Part shown: in pieces, positions 26,545 through 36,830 of the stretch | How positions within the stretch are numbered: position 1 is the first letter of the stretch | Layout of the letters: each line of letters starts with the position of its first letter | IMG/VR virus record: IMGVR_UViG_3300009420_000006 | Coordinates: 1-64,000 of that record | Direction: 5' to 3' (one strand) | DNA from: a virus | Taxonomy: Duplodnaviria > Caudoviricetes | Length of the DNA: 64,000 bases | Notes under the pieces: generated by a model | The model's database searches: none | What the model saw: only the letters and a program-made list of their open reading frames with translations | What the model was told of the DNA's origin: nothing | Position numbers and translations under genes: made by a program

Positions 26545-28880
26545 TTATGAGATTAACGCAACACATATTAGATAAGATTGAAGAATTGAGATTACAATAT
26601 CCCAATGCTACATCTATTGGATTTGGAAAGAAACAATCTAATGGTGTAGAAACTGGTGAGTTTGCTATTATAGTGGGAGTAAAAGAAAAGAAAGATACTT
26701 CTTTAATTCCTGCAAATGAGTTGCTTCCAGTTGAGGTTATTGTAAGTAATCAAAGCTTAAAAACAGATGTAGTAGAAGTATATGAAAACTTTGTATTAGG
26801 AACATGTTCTTCTAGTTGTGGTAACATAAATCCTGGAACAAACAATGCAGCTAATAGAGCTACTGTAAGACCTATTCAAGGAGGAACTTCCATGTCTAGT
26901 AGAAACAATAATACTACAGTGGGAACTTTGGGAGGTATAGTACGTCATACAGATAGTGGGTGTACAGTGGGATTAACAAACAATCATGTTAGTATAAGTG
27001 ATGCATTCTTTACAACTGCTAGAGATTCAAACGGTATTCTAGAAAATGATTATGATCCAGTAAACCGAGTTTATCAAAATGGAGAACAAGGAAGTTCTAC
27101 TCCTACTTCATTAAACTTTGGAGTAAGTCTAAGATATGTTCCTATACATCCTTTAAGTACAGGATTAGTAAATCAGGTAGATGCAGCTATATTTTCTATT
27201 GATGAGAGTGCATTTTCAATATCACAGTCCTGGAATCAAGTAGGGCTAGAATCTATACTTGGAAACAACGCTCCACCTTTTGCAAGTACTACTGAACTAG
27301 ATAATTTACTAGCTACTAATCCTCGTGTTTACAGTTCTGGAAGAACAACTGGAGCAAAAGGATTTACTCCTGATTGTCCTATGACAATACATCAAACAGG
27401 TGTTACTATTAACTTAGAATATAAACTACAAGGAGTAGGTACGTTATGTCAATTTAGCAGATCTATTTCATTTATAAAACCAACTCAAGAAGAACCCAAT
27501 GCTCAAAACCCTAGTTCAGTTTGTCCTAATCCTATATTTAGTGGTGACTCAGGATCTTTCTTACTAGCAGATATAAATGGAACTATCAAGATAATAGGAA
27601 TATGTTATGCTGGTAGTGCGAATGCTTCAGGTGTAGCTATTATAGGTTATGCATGTAGAATAGATGATGTAGCAACACAATTAGGAATAGAACAATATGT
27701 AGATACAGCAACAAATGCTGGAGTAATGGTAGATCCAACTACTGTTGAATATAGAACTATAGCAGGTGCGAGTGATGAAAAGTTTATTTTATGTGAAAAC
27801 GAAGAATACTGGCAAGTAGGATTTACAGGTAGTTTATTAAATAACTGTGTTGCTGAAACAACTACTACTAGCACATCTACGAGCACTTCTAGTACTACAA
27901 CTACAACAACTACACCTGTACCTACTACAACTACAACAACTACCCCTGTGCCTACTACCACTACTACAAGTAGTTCTACTAGCACAAGTACCTCTACTAG
28001 TACATCAACTAGTACCAGTACAAGCACATCAACTAGTACAAGTACAAGTACCAGTACGTCAACTAGTACCAGTACGTCTACTACTAGTACCAGCACTTCT
28101 ACTAGTACAACAACCAGCACTACTACTTTAACACCAACTACTACAACTACTACTACAACCGAAAAGATCTTTAATTTGGACTGGAGTATAGCTGGAAGTC
28201 CTCAACCGGAGTTTAGTGGTGGTACACTTATAATATTAAAAAATAGTATTGAAGTTCTTAATGAAACTATAGATTCAACAACTCCTTCTAAGAGTGGGGT
28301 GATAACATATATTAATGGTGACTCTTTTAATTTCAAACAGGTTACTACCAATTCAAGTGGTGGTACTTTATCAATTGATCATCAGAGAAGTGGTACTCCT
28401 TCTGCAAGTATTCCTACACTTCCTGAAACTCAATTTGTAACTACTGGTAATTCGTTCCAATCAACTAGTACTGCTACTCTCGGAGCTTTTGATTCTACAG
28501 TGGCTTTTACATCGATTTCTACTGTGGCAGTTAATGGATCAGTAACTGTAAATTATGCAGATGCCGGAAATCAGAGTTTCTATTCAATTATAACAAACCA
28601 ATCTGGAACCCAGGTATTCTTAGCAGTATCTGATCCTATAGATAATGGTACTACAGCTGTAAACTTTATAATTGGTGATCAATACCAAATAGAAACTTAT
28701 TATGAAGCTACACAACCTGGTCCTCAAAGAACTATTACTCAATCTGGATCTGGAGCAGGAATGTCTCCATTTGCTGATAGTCTAACAGGTAATGTTAACA
28801 CTATAATAGGTCCTAATACTAGTACTTTTACCCCAACGACAGATTCTTCTGCTATAATAATTAGTATAAATCAAAATTAA
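26541..28880 (+). CDS. trypsin-like (Nal1-type) serine protease with Thr/Ser linker and C-terminal beta domains
   Basis: Triad motifs LTNNHV (His ~26985), VDAA (Asp ~27180), GDSGS (Ser ~27549); Nal1-like N-terminal domain. ATG at 26547 is an alternative start. Confidence 0.85.
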   Translation: MIMRLTQHILDKIEELRLQYPNATSIGFGKKQSNGVETGEFAIIVGVKEKKDTSLIPANELLPVEVIVSNQSLKTDVVEVYENFVLGTCSSSCGNINPGTNNAANRATVRPIQGGTSMSSRNNNTTVGTLGGIVRHTDSGCTVGLTNNHVSISDAFFTTARDSNGILENDYDPVNRVYQNGEQGSSTPTSLNFGVSLRYVPIHPLSTGLVNQVDAAIFSIDESAFSISQSWNQVGLESILGNNAPPFASTTELDNLLATNPRVYSSGRTTGAKGFTPDCPMTIHQTGVTINLEYKLQGVGTLCQFSRSISFIKPTQEEPNAQNPSSVCPNPIFSGDSGSFLLADINGTIKIIGICYAGSANASGVAIIGYACRIDDVATQLGIEQYVDTATNAGVMVDPTTVEYRTIAGASDEKFILCENEEYWQVGFTGSLLNNCVAETTTTSTSTSTSSTTTTTTTPVPTTTTTTTPVPTTTTTSSSTSTSTSTSTSTSTSTSTSTSTSTSTSTSTSTSTSTTSTSTSTSTTTSTTTLTPTTTTTTTTEKIFNLDWSIAGSPQPEFSGGTLIILKNSIEVLNETIDSTTPSKSGVITYINGDSFNFKQVTTNSSGGTLSIDHQRSGTPSASIPTLPETQFVTTGNSFQSTSTATLGAFDSTVAFTSISTVAVNGSVTVNYADAGNQSFYSIITNQSGTQVFLAVSDPIDNGTTAVNFIIGDQYQIETYYEATQPGPQRTITQSGSGAGMSPFADSLTGNVNTIIGPNTSTFTPTTDSSAIIISINQN
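27858..28160 (+). repeat. Thr/Ser low-complexity tract (ACN/AGT repeats)
   Basis: About 100 codons of TTTTSTSTS and TTTTTTTPVP units. Confidence 0.9.
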
Positions 28881-28900
28881 ACAAATAAAATAATAAAATT

Positions 28901-30049
28901 ATGTCAACACAAAATTGCTCAAATTGTTACAACGGCTGTACTGAAATTACTTCAGACAAGTGCGTTAAATATACAGGAGTAGATGTACCTATATTAGGAA
29001 TAAAGAATGGAGATTCTTTATCTTTTGTAGAACAAGCTCTTATTACTTTTTTAGGTGCTGCTTTAGATGGCACAGGAATACTTCCTGTAGTTCCTGCATC
29101 AGATATATGTCCTGTAGTACAGGCTAATCTAGATGATTGTAATCCTCTATCCTTAAATAATTATCTTGTAGGTATAATAAAAACTATTTGTATATTAAAT
29201 GAACAACTAGAAAATATACAAGGTGGTGCACCTAATGGTGCATATACTTTAGAATGTGTTACAGGAGTTCAAAATCCAAATAGTACATCTGATGTACTAC
29301 AGCAAACTATAGTAAAGTTATGTGAAGTTGAGCAATCACTAAACACTTTTATTACAGATGTTACAAATAACTATGTACAAATTGTTGACATAAATACATA
29401 CATAGAAAACTATTTTAATACTAATCCTGAGCAACAATTACTTAGTAATAGAATGGTTCCAGGTTCTGCTCAAGCTTACTTTGGAGCATTAACACCGTTT
29501 GATGCATCAGGTGCAGGTATAGGTATATGGAACAGAATATTTCTATGTAACGGAAACAATGGTACACCTGATTTAAGAGGAAGAGTAATAGTTACTGTAA
29601 ACTCTGCTGAAATGGGTGGAGGAACATTAGATAATGCTGTTAATCCTTCTTTAGTTGGAAACCCTGCTTATAATATAAATTCTCAAACAGGAACTAATCA
29701 AGTTACTTTATCTATACAACAAATGCCAGGGCACGGTCACACAACAAATACAGGTACAAATACAACTGGAACATCAAACCCTGCAACTCATAAACACCAA
29801 ATGTTAGTTAAACCAGGGGTGATGGGCCAACCTGGAAATACTGATTATTCTAATCCTGGAGGAAAGGGAGAAGGTGGTAGAAGAACAATGGATGCTGGTG
29901 TTGCTGGTTCTGGTAGTTATAACGCAGCATATACAGAATTAGAAGGACAACACAATCATGCAATAAGTATTGATCAAACTGGTGGAGGATTATCACACGA
30001 TAATTACCAACCTTCATACTCAGCATACTATATTATTTATTTACCTTAA
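28901..30049 (+). CDS. tail fibre-like protein with tail-collar domain
   Basis: FLCNGNNGTPDLRGRV, LSIQQMPGHGH, HxH repeats and HDNYQPSY...YIIY end. Confidence 0.8.
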   Translation: MSTQNCSNCYNGCTEITSDKCVKYTGVDVPILGIKNGDSLSFVEQALITFLGAALDGTGILPVVPASDICPVVQANLDDCNPLSLNNYLVGIIKTICILNEQLENIQGGAPNGAYTLECVTGVQNPNSTSDVLQQTIVKLCEVEQSLNTFITDVTNNYVQIVDINTYIENYFNTNPEQQLLSNRMVPGSAQAYFGALTPFDASGAGIGIWNRIFLCNGNNGTPDLRGRVIVTVNSAEMGGGTLDNAVNPSLVGNPAYNINSQTGTNQVTLSIQQMPGHGHTTNTGTNTTGTSNPATHKHQMLVKPGVMGQPGNTDYSNPGGKGEGGRRTMDAGVAGSGSYNAAYTELEGQHNHAISIDQTGGGLSHDNYQPSYSAYYIIYLP

Positions 30050-30060
30050 TACTAAAAACT

Positions 30061-30372
30061 ATGGCATACTTATCTACAAACCCTTGTTGTACAGATATAA
30101 CACTAAATTCAACTTGTGGGTGTTCAGGCACTACAACTGCTGATCCATGTAAGACTGGAGTACACTATTCAAAATCTATTACATATAATGGACCTACGTT
30201 ACCTTGTTCAAATGTGCAACCTTGTGATGATTTAAACGTTGCTTTGTCTAAAATTGACGAACTTCTTTGTATATTGAAGACTCAACAAGTAACAAATACA
30301 TCAGACATTGCTAATATTAAAGAACAAGTGATACTGATAAATCAAACATTAAACACCTGTTGTGCATCATAA
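30061..30372 (+). CDS. Cys-rich coiled-coil structural protein
   Basis: ITYNGPTLPC...DDLNVALSKID resembles the N-terminus of the 28901 protein (VKYTGVDVPILGIKNGDSL). Confidence 0.7.
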   Translation: MAYLSTNPCCTDITLNSTCGCSGTTTADPCKTGVHYSKSITYNGPTLPCSNVQPCDDLNVALSKIDELLCILKTQQVTNTSDIANIKEQVILINQTLNTCCAS

Positions 30373-30647
30373 TGGAAGCATTTATAAAACTAACAACTGC
30401 AGGAAATAATACTGGACCCTTCAATCTTTTTTCAGATGTGAATGGGTTTACTACTGTCTTTGAATCTGGTATAACTAAAGCTTCTTTATTAGCTGGTTAC
30501 ACTAGTACTGTAGTTCCTGACTTTACTACTGTGATAAAGGTAACATCAGATTCATTATGTACAAATAGTTTTGATATTATATTACAACAACCAACAACAA
30601 CAACTAGTACTAGTAGCACAACAAGCACAACAACGACAATACCATAA
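30372..30647 (+). CDS. shared-module paralog 1 (module plus Thr tail only)
   Basis: ATG at 30372 (TAATG overlap) preferred over the track start at 30360; GPFNLFSDVNGF module. Confidence 0.75.
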   Translation: MEAFIKLTTAGNNTGPFNLFSDVNGFTTVFESGITKASLLAGYTSTVVPDFTTVIKVTSDSLCTNSFDIILQQPTTTTSTSSTTSTTTTIP

Positions 30648-30649
30648 TT

Positions 30650-31783
30650 ATGGCTTTAATAGAGATAACATTAACAATAGACGGACAAGCAGGACCATTT
30701 GATTTATTTTCAAATGTAGATAACTATGTAAACCCTTTTGAAACACAAGTACCTGCTGCAAGTTTAACTGGTGGATATATAACATCATTAGCTCCTCCAA
30801 ATACTTCTATTGTTAGAATTTGCTCTACAGGCGTTTGTACTAATTGTATAGATGTTCCTACTAATTGTCCTACCACTACAACAACAACTAGTTCCAGTAC
30901 TTCCACTACTACAAGTACTTCAACATCAACATCAACAACTACTACAGAAGTACCACCAAATAGATTTAACTGGGAGCTTATAACAAATACACCAGGATCA
31001 TTAATTGCAGCCGACCCACAAAAATCTACTTTAACAGTTACTGTTAATGCAGTTGAAGTGGTAAATGTAGCTATTACAGGAAGTGCATCTTCAGCAAGTG
31101 GTTCAGTAGATATACTACCAGGAGATATTGTAGCTGCTAACATCTTTACTCAAAGAGAGGGTATGTATAACTTTATTCATACAATAGTAGAAGATGGTAT
31201 ATTCTATCAACCACAAGATGAATGTCTTGACTGTTTTGACGATTACACTACTGTTATGTCTCCAAACTTTGTAGGAGCAGGGGTAGATGTAGATTTCTCT
31301 TTTGTAGCTGATACGTATAAAGAACTTACTACAACAACTACCACAACTATAGCAGCAACTACAACAACAACTACAAGTAGTACCTCTTCAACAACAACAA
31401 CAACTACAACTTGTGATTGTTCATTAAATGGTGCAAGTGTAACTCTTGTAAGTGGCTCAACGACAACAACAACAACTCTTCAACCAACAACTACTACAAC
31501 TACTACTAATGCTGGAGCAAATATTCCAGGATTGATCTCTACTTTATTTACATCAAACCTTGCTGTTGGTATTTGTGAATATGCAGTAAATCAATTTGTT
31601 TGGAAAACCGGAACGACTACTGTTGCTTTTGGTGATTTTCTTTTCACTCAATCTGGAGGGTCTGTCGGTAGTGTATTTGATGGTGACTCTAAATATTGGC
31701 ATGCTAATTTTGATGGAGATAGCTATATAGTAAAAGTAAATAGTCTTGGTGAGATTACATATGTAACTAATTGTAACCCTTAA
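30650..31783 (+). CDS. shared-module paralog 2 with Thr linkers and two extra domains
   Basis: GPFDLFSNVDNY module; three Thr tracts. Confidence 0.8.
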   Translation: MALIEITLTIDGQAGPFDLFSNVDNYVNPFETQVPAASLTGGYITSLAPPNTSIVRICSTGVCTNCIDVPTNCPTTTTTTSSSTSTTTSTSTSTSTTTTEVPPNRFNWELITNTPGSLIAADPQKSTLTVTVNAVEVVNVAITGSASSASGSVDILPGDIVAANIFTQREGMYNFIHTIVEDGIFYQPQDECLDCFDDYTTVMSPNFVGAGVDVDFSFVADTYKELTTTTTTTIAATTTTTTSSTSSTTTTTTTCDCSLNGASVTLVSGSTTTTTTLQPTTTTTTTNAGANIPGLISTLFTSNLAVGICEYAVNQFVWKTGTTTVAFGDFLFTQSGGSVGSVFDGDSKYWHANFDGDSYIVKVNSLGEITYVTNCNP

Positions 31784-31795
31784 AATTAATTTATA

Positions 31796-32347
31796 ATGGC
31801 AAACAACATAATATTTAATATAAAACTTACCAGTGCAGGAAATTGTTCAGGACCAGTTGATCTTTATTCAGATGTAGATAACTATGTAACAGCATTTGAG
31901 AGTGGGGTTTCTATAACACAATTAACAAGTGCATTAGGTTACAACACAAGTAATGTTCCAGCTGGAACTATTATTATAAGAATACAAAATGCTAATACTA
32001 ATCATGCTTGTAATGATAACTATGTAGATGTTTCACTTCCTGGAACTGAATATACAGAAGGATATTTCTTTGATAGTACACCTTATGCTTCATCTGGTGC
32101 TGGATGTATTGCTGGAGATGATACTGATAGTCAATACTTTCATAATGGTATTGTTATAGGAAATTTATATATACCACCGGAAGGAAGTTTCTTATATGAT
32201 TTTAGTGATCCAGTGGGAGCAACTTTACTAAACTTAACACCAGGTTGGTATGGAATAGCAAATGATACAAACATACCTGTCGAAGCAATGATATTAATAG
32301 GAGCAAATGGATATGAAGTTGAATGTTGTAATGTTCTATGTCCATAA
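31796..32347 (+). CDS. shared-module paralog 3
   Basis: GPVDLYSDVDNYVTAFESGVS module plus a C-terminal domain. Confidence 0.8.
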   Translation: MANNIIFNIKLTSAGNCSGPVDLYSDVDNYVTAFESGVSITQLTSALGYNTSNVPAGTIIIRIQNANTNHACNDNYVDVSLPGTEYTEGYFFDSTPYASSGAGCIAGDDTDSQYFHNGIVIGNLYIPPEGSFLYDFSDPVGATLLNLTPGWYGIANDTNIPVEAMILIGANGYEVECCNVLCP

Positions 32348-32362
32348 CAATAAAAATATAAA

Positions 32363-33031
32363 ATGGCAATATTAATACAAGCTAGTAGTGTAGGAAGTGA
32401 TGCAGGACCTTTTAACTTGTTTTCTCAAGTAAATGGATTTACAGAATCTTTTGAAACAGGTATAACATCTCTTCAACTTCTTGTAGGGTTTGTTTCATAC
32501 AATGTCCCTGCAGGTACTACAGTGGTTAGAATTCAATCTTCTAATGATGATTGTAATTCTTTTGTAGATGAACCTATAGATACACCTCCTGTTTGTCCAA
32601 ACACTGTTCCTGTTTTTCAGATATGTAATACTAACTCATCAATGGATGATAACTTTAATATACTTTTAAACGGAGTTACAATAGGATCTGTTGACCTAAG
32701 TCAAAATGCTCAAGTAGGAGCAGTATTTATTGCTAGCACTACTCCAGTAACTTTAACTGAACCAAACTTCCCATGTCCTTTAGGTGGTATGCAATTATTC
32801 TTTTTTGATCCAGCTTTAATATCTTATAGAAACCATATAGAAATGGTAAATACACAAAATAACGGAAATGGTAATCTAGGAAACTTAGCAATAAGTAACT
32901 ACGATTTAGCAGGTAGTATATTATCAAATCCATGTCTCGTAAATACATTTCAGTTTAGTGGAAGTTCAGGAGATAATTTTAGTTTTACTTGGATTTATGA
33001 TCAATGCTGTCAATCACAACCATTACTTTAA
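32363..33031 (+). CDS. shared-module paralog 4
   Basis: GPFNLFSQVNGFTESFETGIT module plus a distinct C-terminal domain. Confidence 0.8.
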   Translation: MAILIQASSVGSDAGPFNLFSQVNGFTESFETGITSLQLLVGFVSYNVPAGTTVVRIQSSNDDCNSFVDEPIDTPPVCPNTVPVFQICNTNSSMDDNFNILLNGVTIGSVDLSQNAQVGAVFIASTTPVTLTEPNFPCPLGGMQLFFFDPALISYRNHIEMVNTQNNGNGNLGNLAISNYDLAGSILSNPCLVNTFQFSGSSGDNFSFTWIYDQCCQSQPLL

Positions 33032-33032
33032 A

Positions 33033-33094
33033 AAGTTCTCTTTTGTTGGTTTTAGAGAACTTCTCCCAGGGGCAAAAGCCCCTAGGGAGTTTTT
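33033..33094 (+). terminator. double hairpin with intrinsic terminator
   Basis: AAGTTCTCT/AGAGAACTT stem, then CTCCCAGGGGC-AAAA-GCCCCTAGGGAG followed by TTTTT. Confidence 0.8.
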
Positions 33095-33143
33095 ACATAT
33101 AATCAGATTAGTTATAAAGAATAACTCTCATGGTTAAGTTTTT

Positions 33144-33174
33144 TATGTTTAGTCAAATAATTTATCTATCTTTA
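33144..33174 (+). promoter_or_regulatory. possible Bacteroidota-type promoter
   Basis: TATCTTTA -7-like element (33167-33174); the -33 element (TATG) is weak. Confidence 0.4.
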
Positions 33175-33202
33175 CAACATTTACTAATTAAATACAGGAC
33201 AA

Positions 33203-34450
33203 ATGGCTGAAAATCAAGGACTTCTTAATGAGTTAAAATCATTATTAAAGCGAAAAAGAAGCAAACAGTGGTACGCAGAACAACTGAAAATAACACTGTC
33301 TGAAGTAAATGAATTATTAAAAGAGATGAGGGGGAAGAATGTAGATGAAGGAGAGCAGTTTTTAGACAGTGAACCAACTCATAGTAAAGAATTTGAGCAG
33401 GCATTGCGGAAAGTAAGTAACGATAAAGGAACAATAGAAAGTACAATAACTCTTGACTTTGAACCAAAGAGTGATATAGAGTTAGCAGAGTTACACAAGA
33501 TAGATCTAGAAAAGTATATAATTACTAACTACTGGTCTAAAGTACTTCCAACTGGAAAGTTTACATCTTCAATCTTTTCTAAAAGAAAAGGTCCAGAAGA
33601 TTACACAGCTGATGATTTCAGCAAGTTCTTAGAGAACTATAAATCAAACTACATTCCTATCTCTTCTCCTAAACTAGATAATGATAAATCTCTTGTAGAT
33701 ATTGAACTATCTTTATCTGATTACCATTTAGGTAAACGATATGTTGATGGAGATAATGATCCAGAGACCAGAGCTACAAGGTTTGTACATATAGCAGAAG
33801 CTTTAACACATAAAGTTAGATCTGTTTACGATATAAATAAAGTAGTGTTTCCTATATCTAATGATTTCTTTCATACTGATAATTATCAAAACACTACAAC
33901 TAACGGTACTCCACAAGATATAATCTTAGATTATGCTTCAGAGTATGAAATGGGATTTAATATTCTAGTAGATACTATTAAGATGCTTAAGACTAACTCT
34001 AAGCATGTTGAAGTTATTCTAGTACAAGGTAATCATGATAGAACTAAATCATATTATTTAGCTCATGCGTTAGATATATTCTTTAAGAATGATAAAAATA
34101 TATCATTTGTTAGAGAGGAAGGATTAATTAAAGCTACTGTAGTTGGTAGTACTTTTATTGGTTTCCATCATGGTAACTGTAAAATTGATGCTTTGCCTTT
34201 ATTATTTGCAACACATCCTGTTTATAGTAAATGGTTTGGAGATGCTACATATAGAGAAGTTCACACAGGTGATAAGCATCACTATATGGCTAAAGAGATA
34301 AAAGGAGTAAGAATACAACAAATGCCTAGCTTATCTGGAACAGATAGATGGCATAAAGATAATAATTTTGTACATAGTGTACGAGCTGCCTTAGCGTTAG
34401 TCTATGACTTTAAAGTAGGAAAGGTAGCTGAATTTGAAGAAAGAATATAG
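33203..34450 (+). CDS. calcineurin-like metallophosphoesterase with N-terminal HTH
   Basis: Motifs SDYHLG, NDFFH, GNHD, FHHG, TGDKHH; N-terminal YAEQLKITLSEV. Confidence 0.85.
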   Translation: MAENQGLLNELKSLLKRKRSKQWYAEQLKITLSEVNELLKEMRGKNVDEGEQFLDSEPTHSKEFEQALRKVSNDKGTIESTITLDFEPKSDIELAELHKIDLEKYIITNYWSKVLPTGKFTSSIFSKRKGPEDYTADDFSKFLENYKSNYIPISSPKLDNDKSLVDIELSLSDYHLGKRYVDGDNDPETRATRFVHIAEALTHKVRSVYDINKVVFPISNDFFHTDNYQNTTTNGTPQDIILDYASEYEMGFNILVDTIKMLKTNSKHVEVILVQGNHDRTKSYYLAHALDIFFKNDKNISFVREEGLIKATVVGSTFIGFHHGNCKIDALPLLFATHPVYSKWFGDATYREVHTGDKHHYMAKEIKGVRIQQMPSLSGTDRWHKDNNFVHSVRAALALVYDFKVGKVAEFEERI

Positions 34451-34452
34451 AT

Positions 34453-34599
34453 ATGGCAACAAAGTATGGAAAGCCTACACCAGGCAAAAATGTAAAAGCT
34501 CCTAAGATTCGTCCTTATAATATGAAGCGTAATTATATGAGAGAAGCTGATCAAATGGGAGGTATACAAGGATTCGGTAATTACAGAAAGAAAATATAA
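34453..34599 (+). CDS. 48-aa basic peptide (not in ORF track)
   Basis: MATKYGKPTPGKNVKAPKIRPYNMKRNYMREAD...; fills the gap between neighbours. Confidence 0.65.
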   Translation: MATKYGKPTPGKNVKAPKIRPYNMKRNYMREADQMGGIQGFGNYRKKI

Positions 34600-34600
34600 A

Positions 34601-35329
34601 ATGGCAACATTAAGAAAATTAGTTTCAGATGTGCGATCTATGCACAAAATATTATCAACAGATGCACTTATCACAGATCGAGCAATCGCTTCTGAGGTTA
34701 AGAACAATGCTCAATTGCTAATTAAGAGAGAAACTAATTTAAGAAAACTATGGGCTAGTGATACATTGTTTACTACTATTCCTTGTTTAGAGATGAAGGA
34801 AGTACCCATCTCTGAATGTTGTGATTATGTAGATGAGTGTAGTGTATCACGAACTGTATTTAAGCTACCTAGGATATCTGAAGGTAACTATCAATATGTA
34901 ATCCAAGGTGTTTATTCTATAGATGCTATGGGTGGTAGAGGTACTAAATTAAAAGAAATAACAATCAATAGATATATTAACCTATTAAAATTACCTATAG
35001 TAAAAAATGATTATTACTTTTGGATATCTAATGGATATCTTTATGTAAATAATCCTTTATTAAAAGCAATAAGGTTAGCAGCATTCTTTTTAGAAGATGT
35101 ACCTAACGAGATCATGTATCCAGAATGTGGATGTGGAAGTCCTGAATATACAGATGAAGAGTATTGTAAAAATCCTTTAGATAAGGAATATGCATTACCT
35201 GGTTATTTAGAACAACAAGCATTATCATTAACTTCTCAAAAGTTATTGTCAACATATTTCCAAATTAAGGATGACATGAGTAATGAAGGCATAGATGGAC
35301 AAGCTCCAAATGCTCAACCTACAAACTAG
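34601..35329 (+). CDS. tail ring/adaptor-like structural protein
   Basis: Position before the IHF-like and Ttub-like genes in crAss order; DDMSNEG C-terminus. Confidence 0.6.
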   Translation: MATLRKLVSDVRSMHKILSTDALITDRAIASEVKNNAQLLIKRETNLRKLWASDTLFTTIPCLEMKEVPISECCDYVDECSVSRTVFKLPRISEGNYQYVIQGVYSIDAMGGRGTKLKEITINRYINLLKLPIVKNDYYFWISNGYLYVNNPLLKAIRLAAFFLEDVPNEIMYPECGCGSPEYTDEEYCKNPLDKEYALPGYLEQQALSLTSQKLLSTYFQIKDDMSNEGIDGQAPNAQPTN

Positions 35330-35337
35330 AACTATAT

Positions 35338-35817
35338 ATGTCAAGAGTAGCAGTTGACTGGAGAAGTGCAAGTAAAAGTAATTACGAGGACTTCTGTAAA
35401 AAGAACCCTTTAATCTCCTTAACTTTTGATGAGTGGAAAAATATTCTATATGCTTTCAATGAATCTTTTAAATACTACATCCTAGAGACAGGTGAAAAAG
35501 AAAAGTTACCTACTGGGTTTGGAGAGTTTTCTATTAATAAAAAGAAAAGAAGAAAAGTTAAAGGAGTTGATGGTAAGGAGTTTGTAAATCTTCCTATTGA
35601 TTGGCAAAAGACTAAACAAAAGGGGAAAGTTATATATAACTTTAATTACCATACAGAAGGATATTTCTTTGGTTGGATGTGGTTTAAACAAACTGCTAGA
35701 TTTAGAAACTCTGATCTATGGTATTTTAAACCTTCTAGAAGAACTTCAAGAGATCTTTCTCACTATCTAAAGGCAGACAACAAGTATCAACACACATATC
35801 ATGAATGGAAAAAATAA
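35338..35817 (+). CDS. crAss IHF-like protein
   Basis: KLPTGFGEFSINKKK, IDWQKTK, NYHTEGY, YFKPSR motifs. Confidence 0.75.
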   Translation: MSRVAVDWRSASKSNYEDFCKKNPLISLTFDEWKNILYAFNESFKYYILETGEKEKLPTGFGEFSINKKKRRKVKGVDGKEFVNLPIDWQKTKQKGKVIYNFNYHTEGYFFGWMWFKQTARFRNSDLWYFKPSRRTSRDLSHYLKADNKYQHTYHEWKK

Positions 35818-35820
35818 GTT

Positions 35821-36825
35821 ATGTCATACTATTATAAATACGATTTTGTATCCCCAGAGCCTCTATATGCAACAGTAAAAGAAGAACTTAAAAGTTACTT
35901 TGACACTGGAGCTGTAGATGATTTATTATTTCCTACCTACCTAGACAAATGTCTTAGGAAGATGGGTAGGACTACATTTCAAATTACTACTGAGATTTTG
36001 TTTATAGAAGACTTTCAAGCAAGACTTCCTGATAACTTTTATGCAGTAAGAGAAGCATGGATGTGTGCAGTAGTACAAGGAAATCCTTATCCTGCAGCAT
36101 CTTCTTTATATACTCAAGCAGTTAATGCTACTACTATTCAAGTAGCTCCTTTAACAATAGGAGGAACTCCTTGTGATAATCCTTCATGTCAACATCCTAG
36201 TTGTGATGGTACGTGTATGCCTACAGTAGTACAGGCTGTATACAAAACAAATAGTGAAATTCCTAGATCCTGGAGAAGGTCTTACTTATTAAAACCAGGA
36301 AATATATCTGCACGTAAAAGTTGTAATTTATCCTATACTAATTCGTGGTCACAATTTAATCAATTAACTTTAGCAGGTCGTGAGTTTACACCTGGTGCTT
36401 CTTCCTTTGACTCTTTTGATATCAGAGATAATAACTTTGTAACAAACTTTAGATCCGGAACAGTACATCTAGTATTTTATGCAACAGATTATGATAAAAT
36501 AGGCAATCAATTAATACCTGATAACTTTCGTGTTAGAGAATATATTGAAGCATTTATTAAATTCAAAGTATTTGAAACTCTTACAAACCAAACAGTAGAC
36601 GAAACATTTAATCAATTACAAACTAAACTCATTTATCATAAACAGATAATGGATGAAGCTTGGATAATGGCAGAAACAGAACTTAAAAAAGAAACAGTTT
36701 ATCAAAAGCAAAGAAAAATTATTACTGACTTAAATCGCTTCAACCAATATGAACTTCCAGATGCAAAATCTCAAGTATCAGGTAGGTATTCAAATAGACG
36801 TTGGAGACGTAATGGTTCTAATTAA
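35821..36825 (+). CDS. tail tubular (Ttub-like) protein
   Basis: Between the IHF-like and Tstab-like genes; TNFRSGTVHLVFYA...LIPD...EYIEAFIK. Confidence 0.7.
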   Translation: MSYYYKYDFVSPEPLYATVKEELKSYFDTGAVDDLLFPTYLDKCLRKMGRTTFQITTEILFIEDFQARLPDNFYAVREAWMCAVVQGNPYPAASSLYTQAVNATTIQVAPLTIGGTPCDNPSCQHPSCDGTCMPTVVQAVYKTNSEIPRSWRRSYLLKPGNISARKSCNLSYTNSWSQFNQLTLAGREFTPGASSFDSFDIRDNNFVTNFRSGTVHLVFYATDYDKIGNQLIPDNFRVREYIEAFIKFKVFETLTNQTVDETFNQLQTKLIYHKQIMDEAWIMAETELKKETVYQKQRKIITDLNRFNQYELPDAKSQVSGRYSNRRWRRNGSN

Positions 36826-36830
36826 TACAT

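Noticed and set aside
27858-28160. CRISPR-like or satellite array
   Set aside because: In-frame low-complexity Thr/Ser coding sequence with no fixed repeat plus unique spacers.
23461-33031. Diversity-generating retroelement or invertase-driven fibre switching
   Set aside because: No reverse transcriptase, recombinase or TR/VR pair with adenine-specific mismatches was seen in this window.
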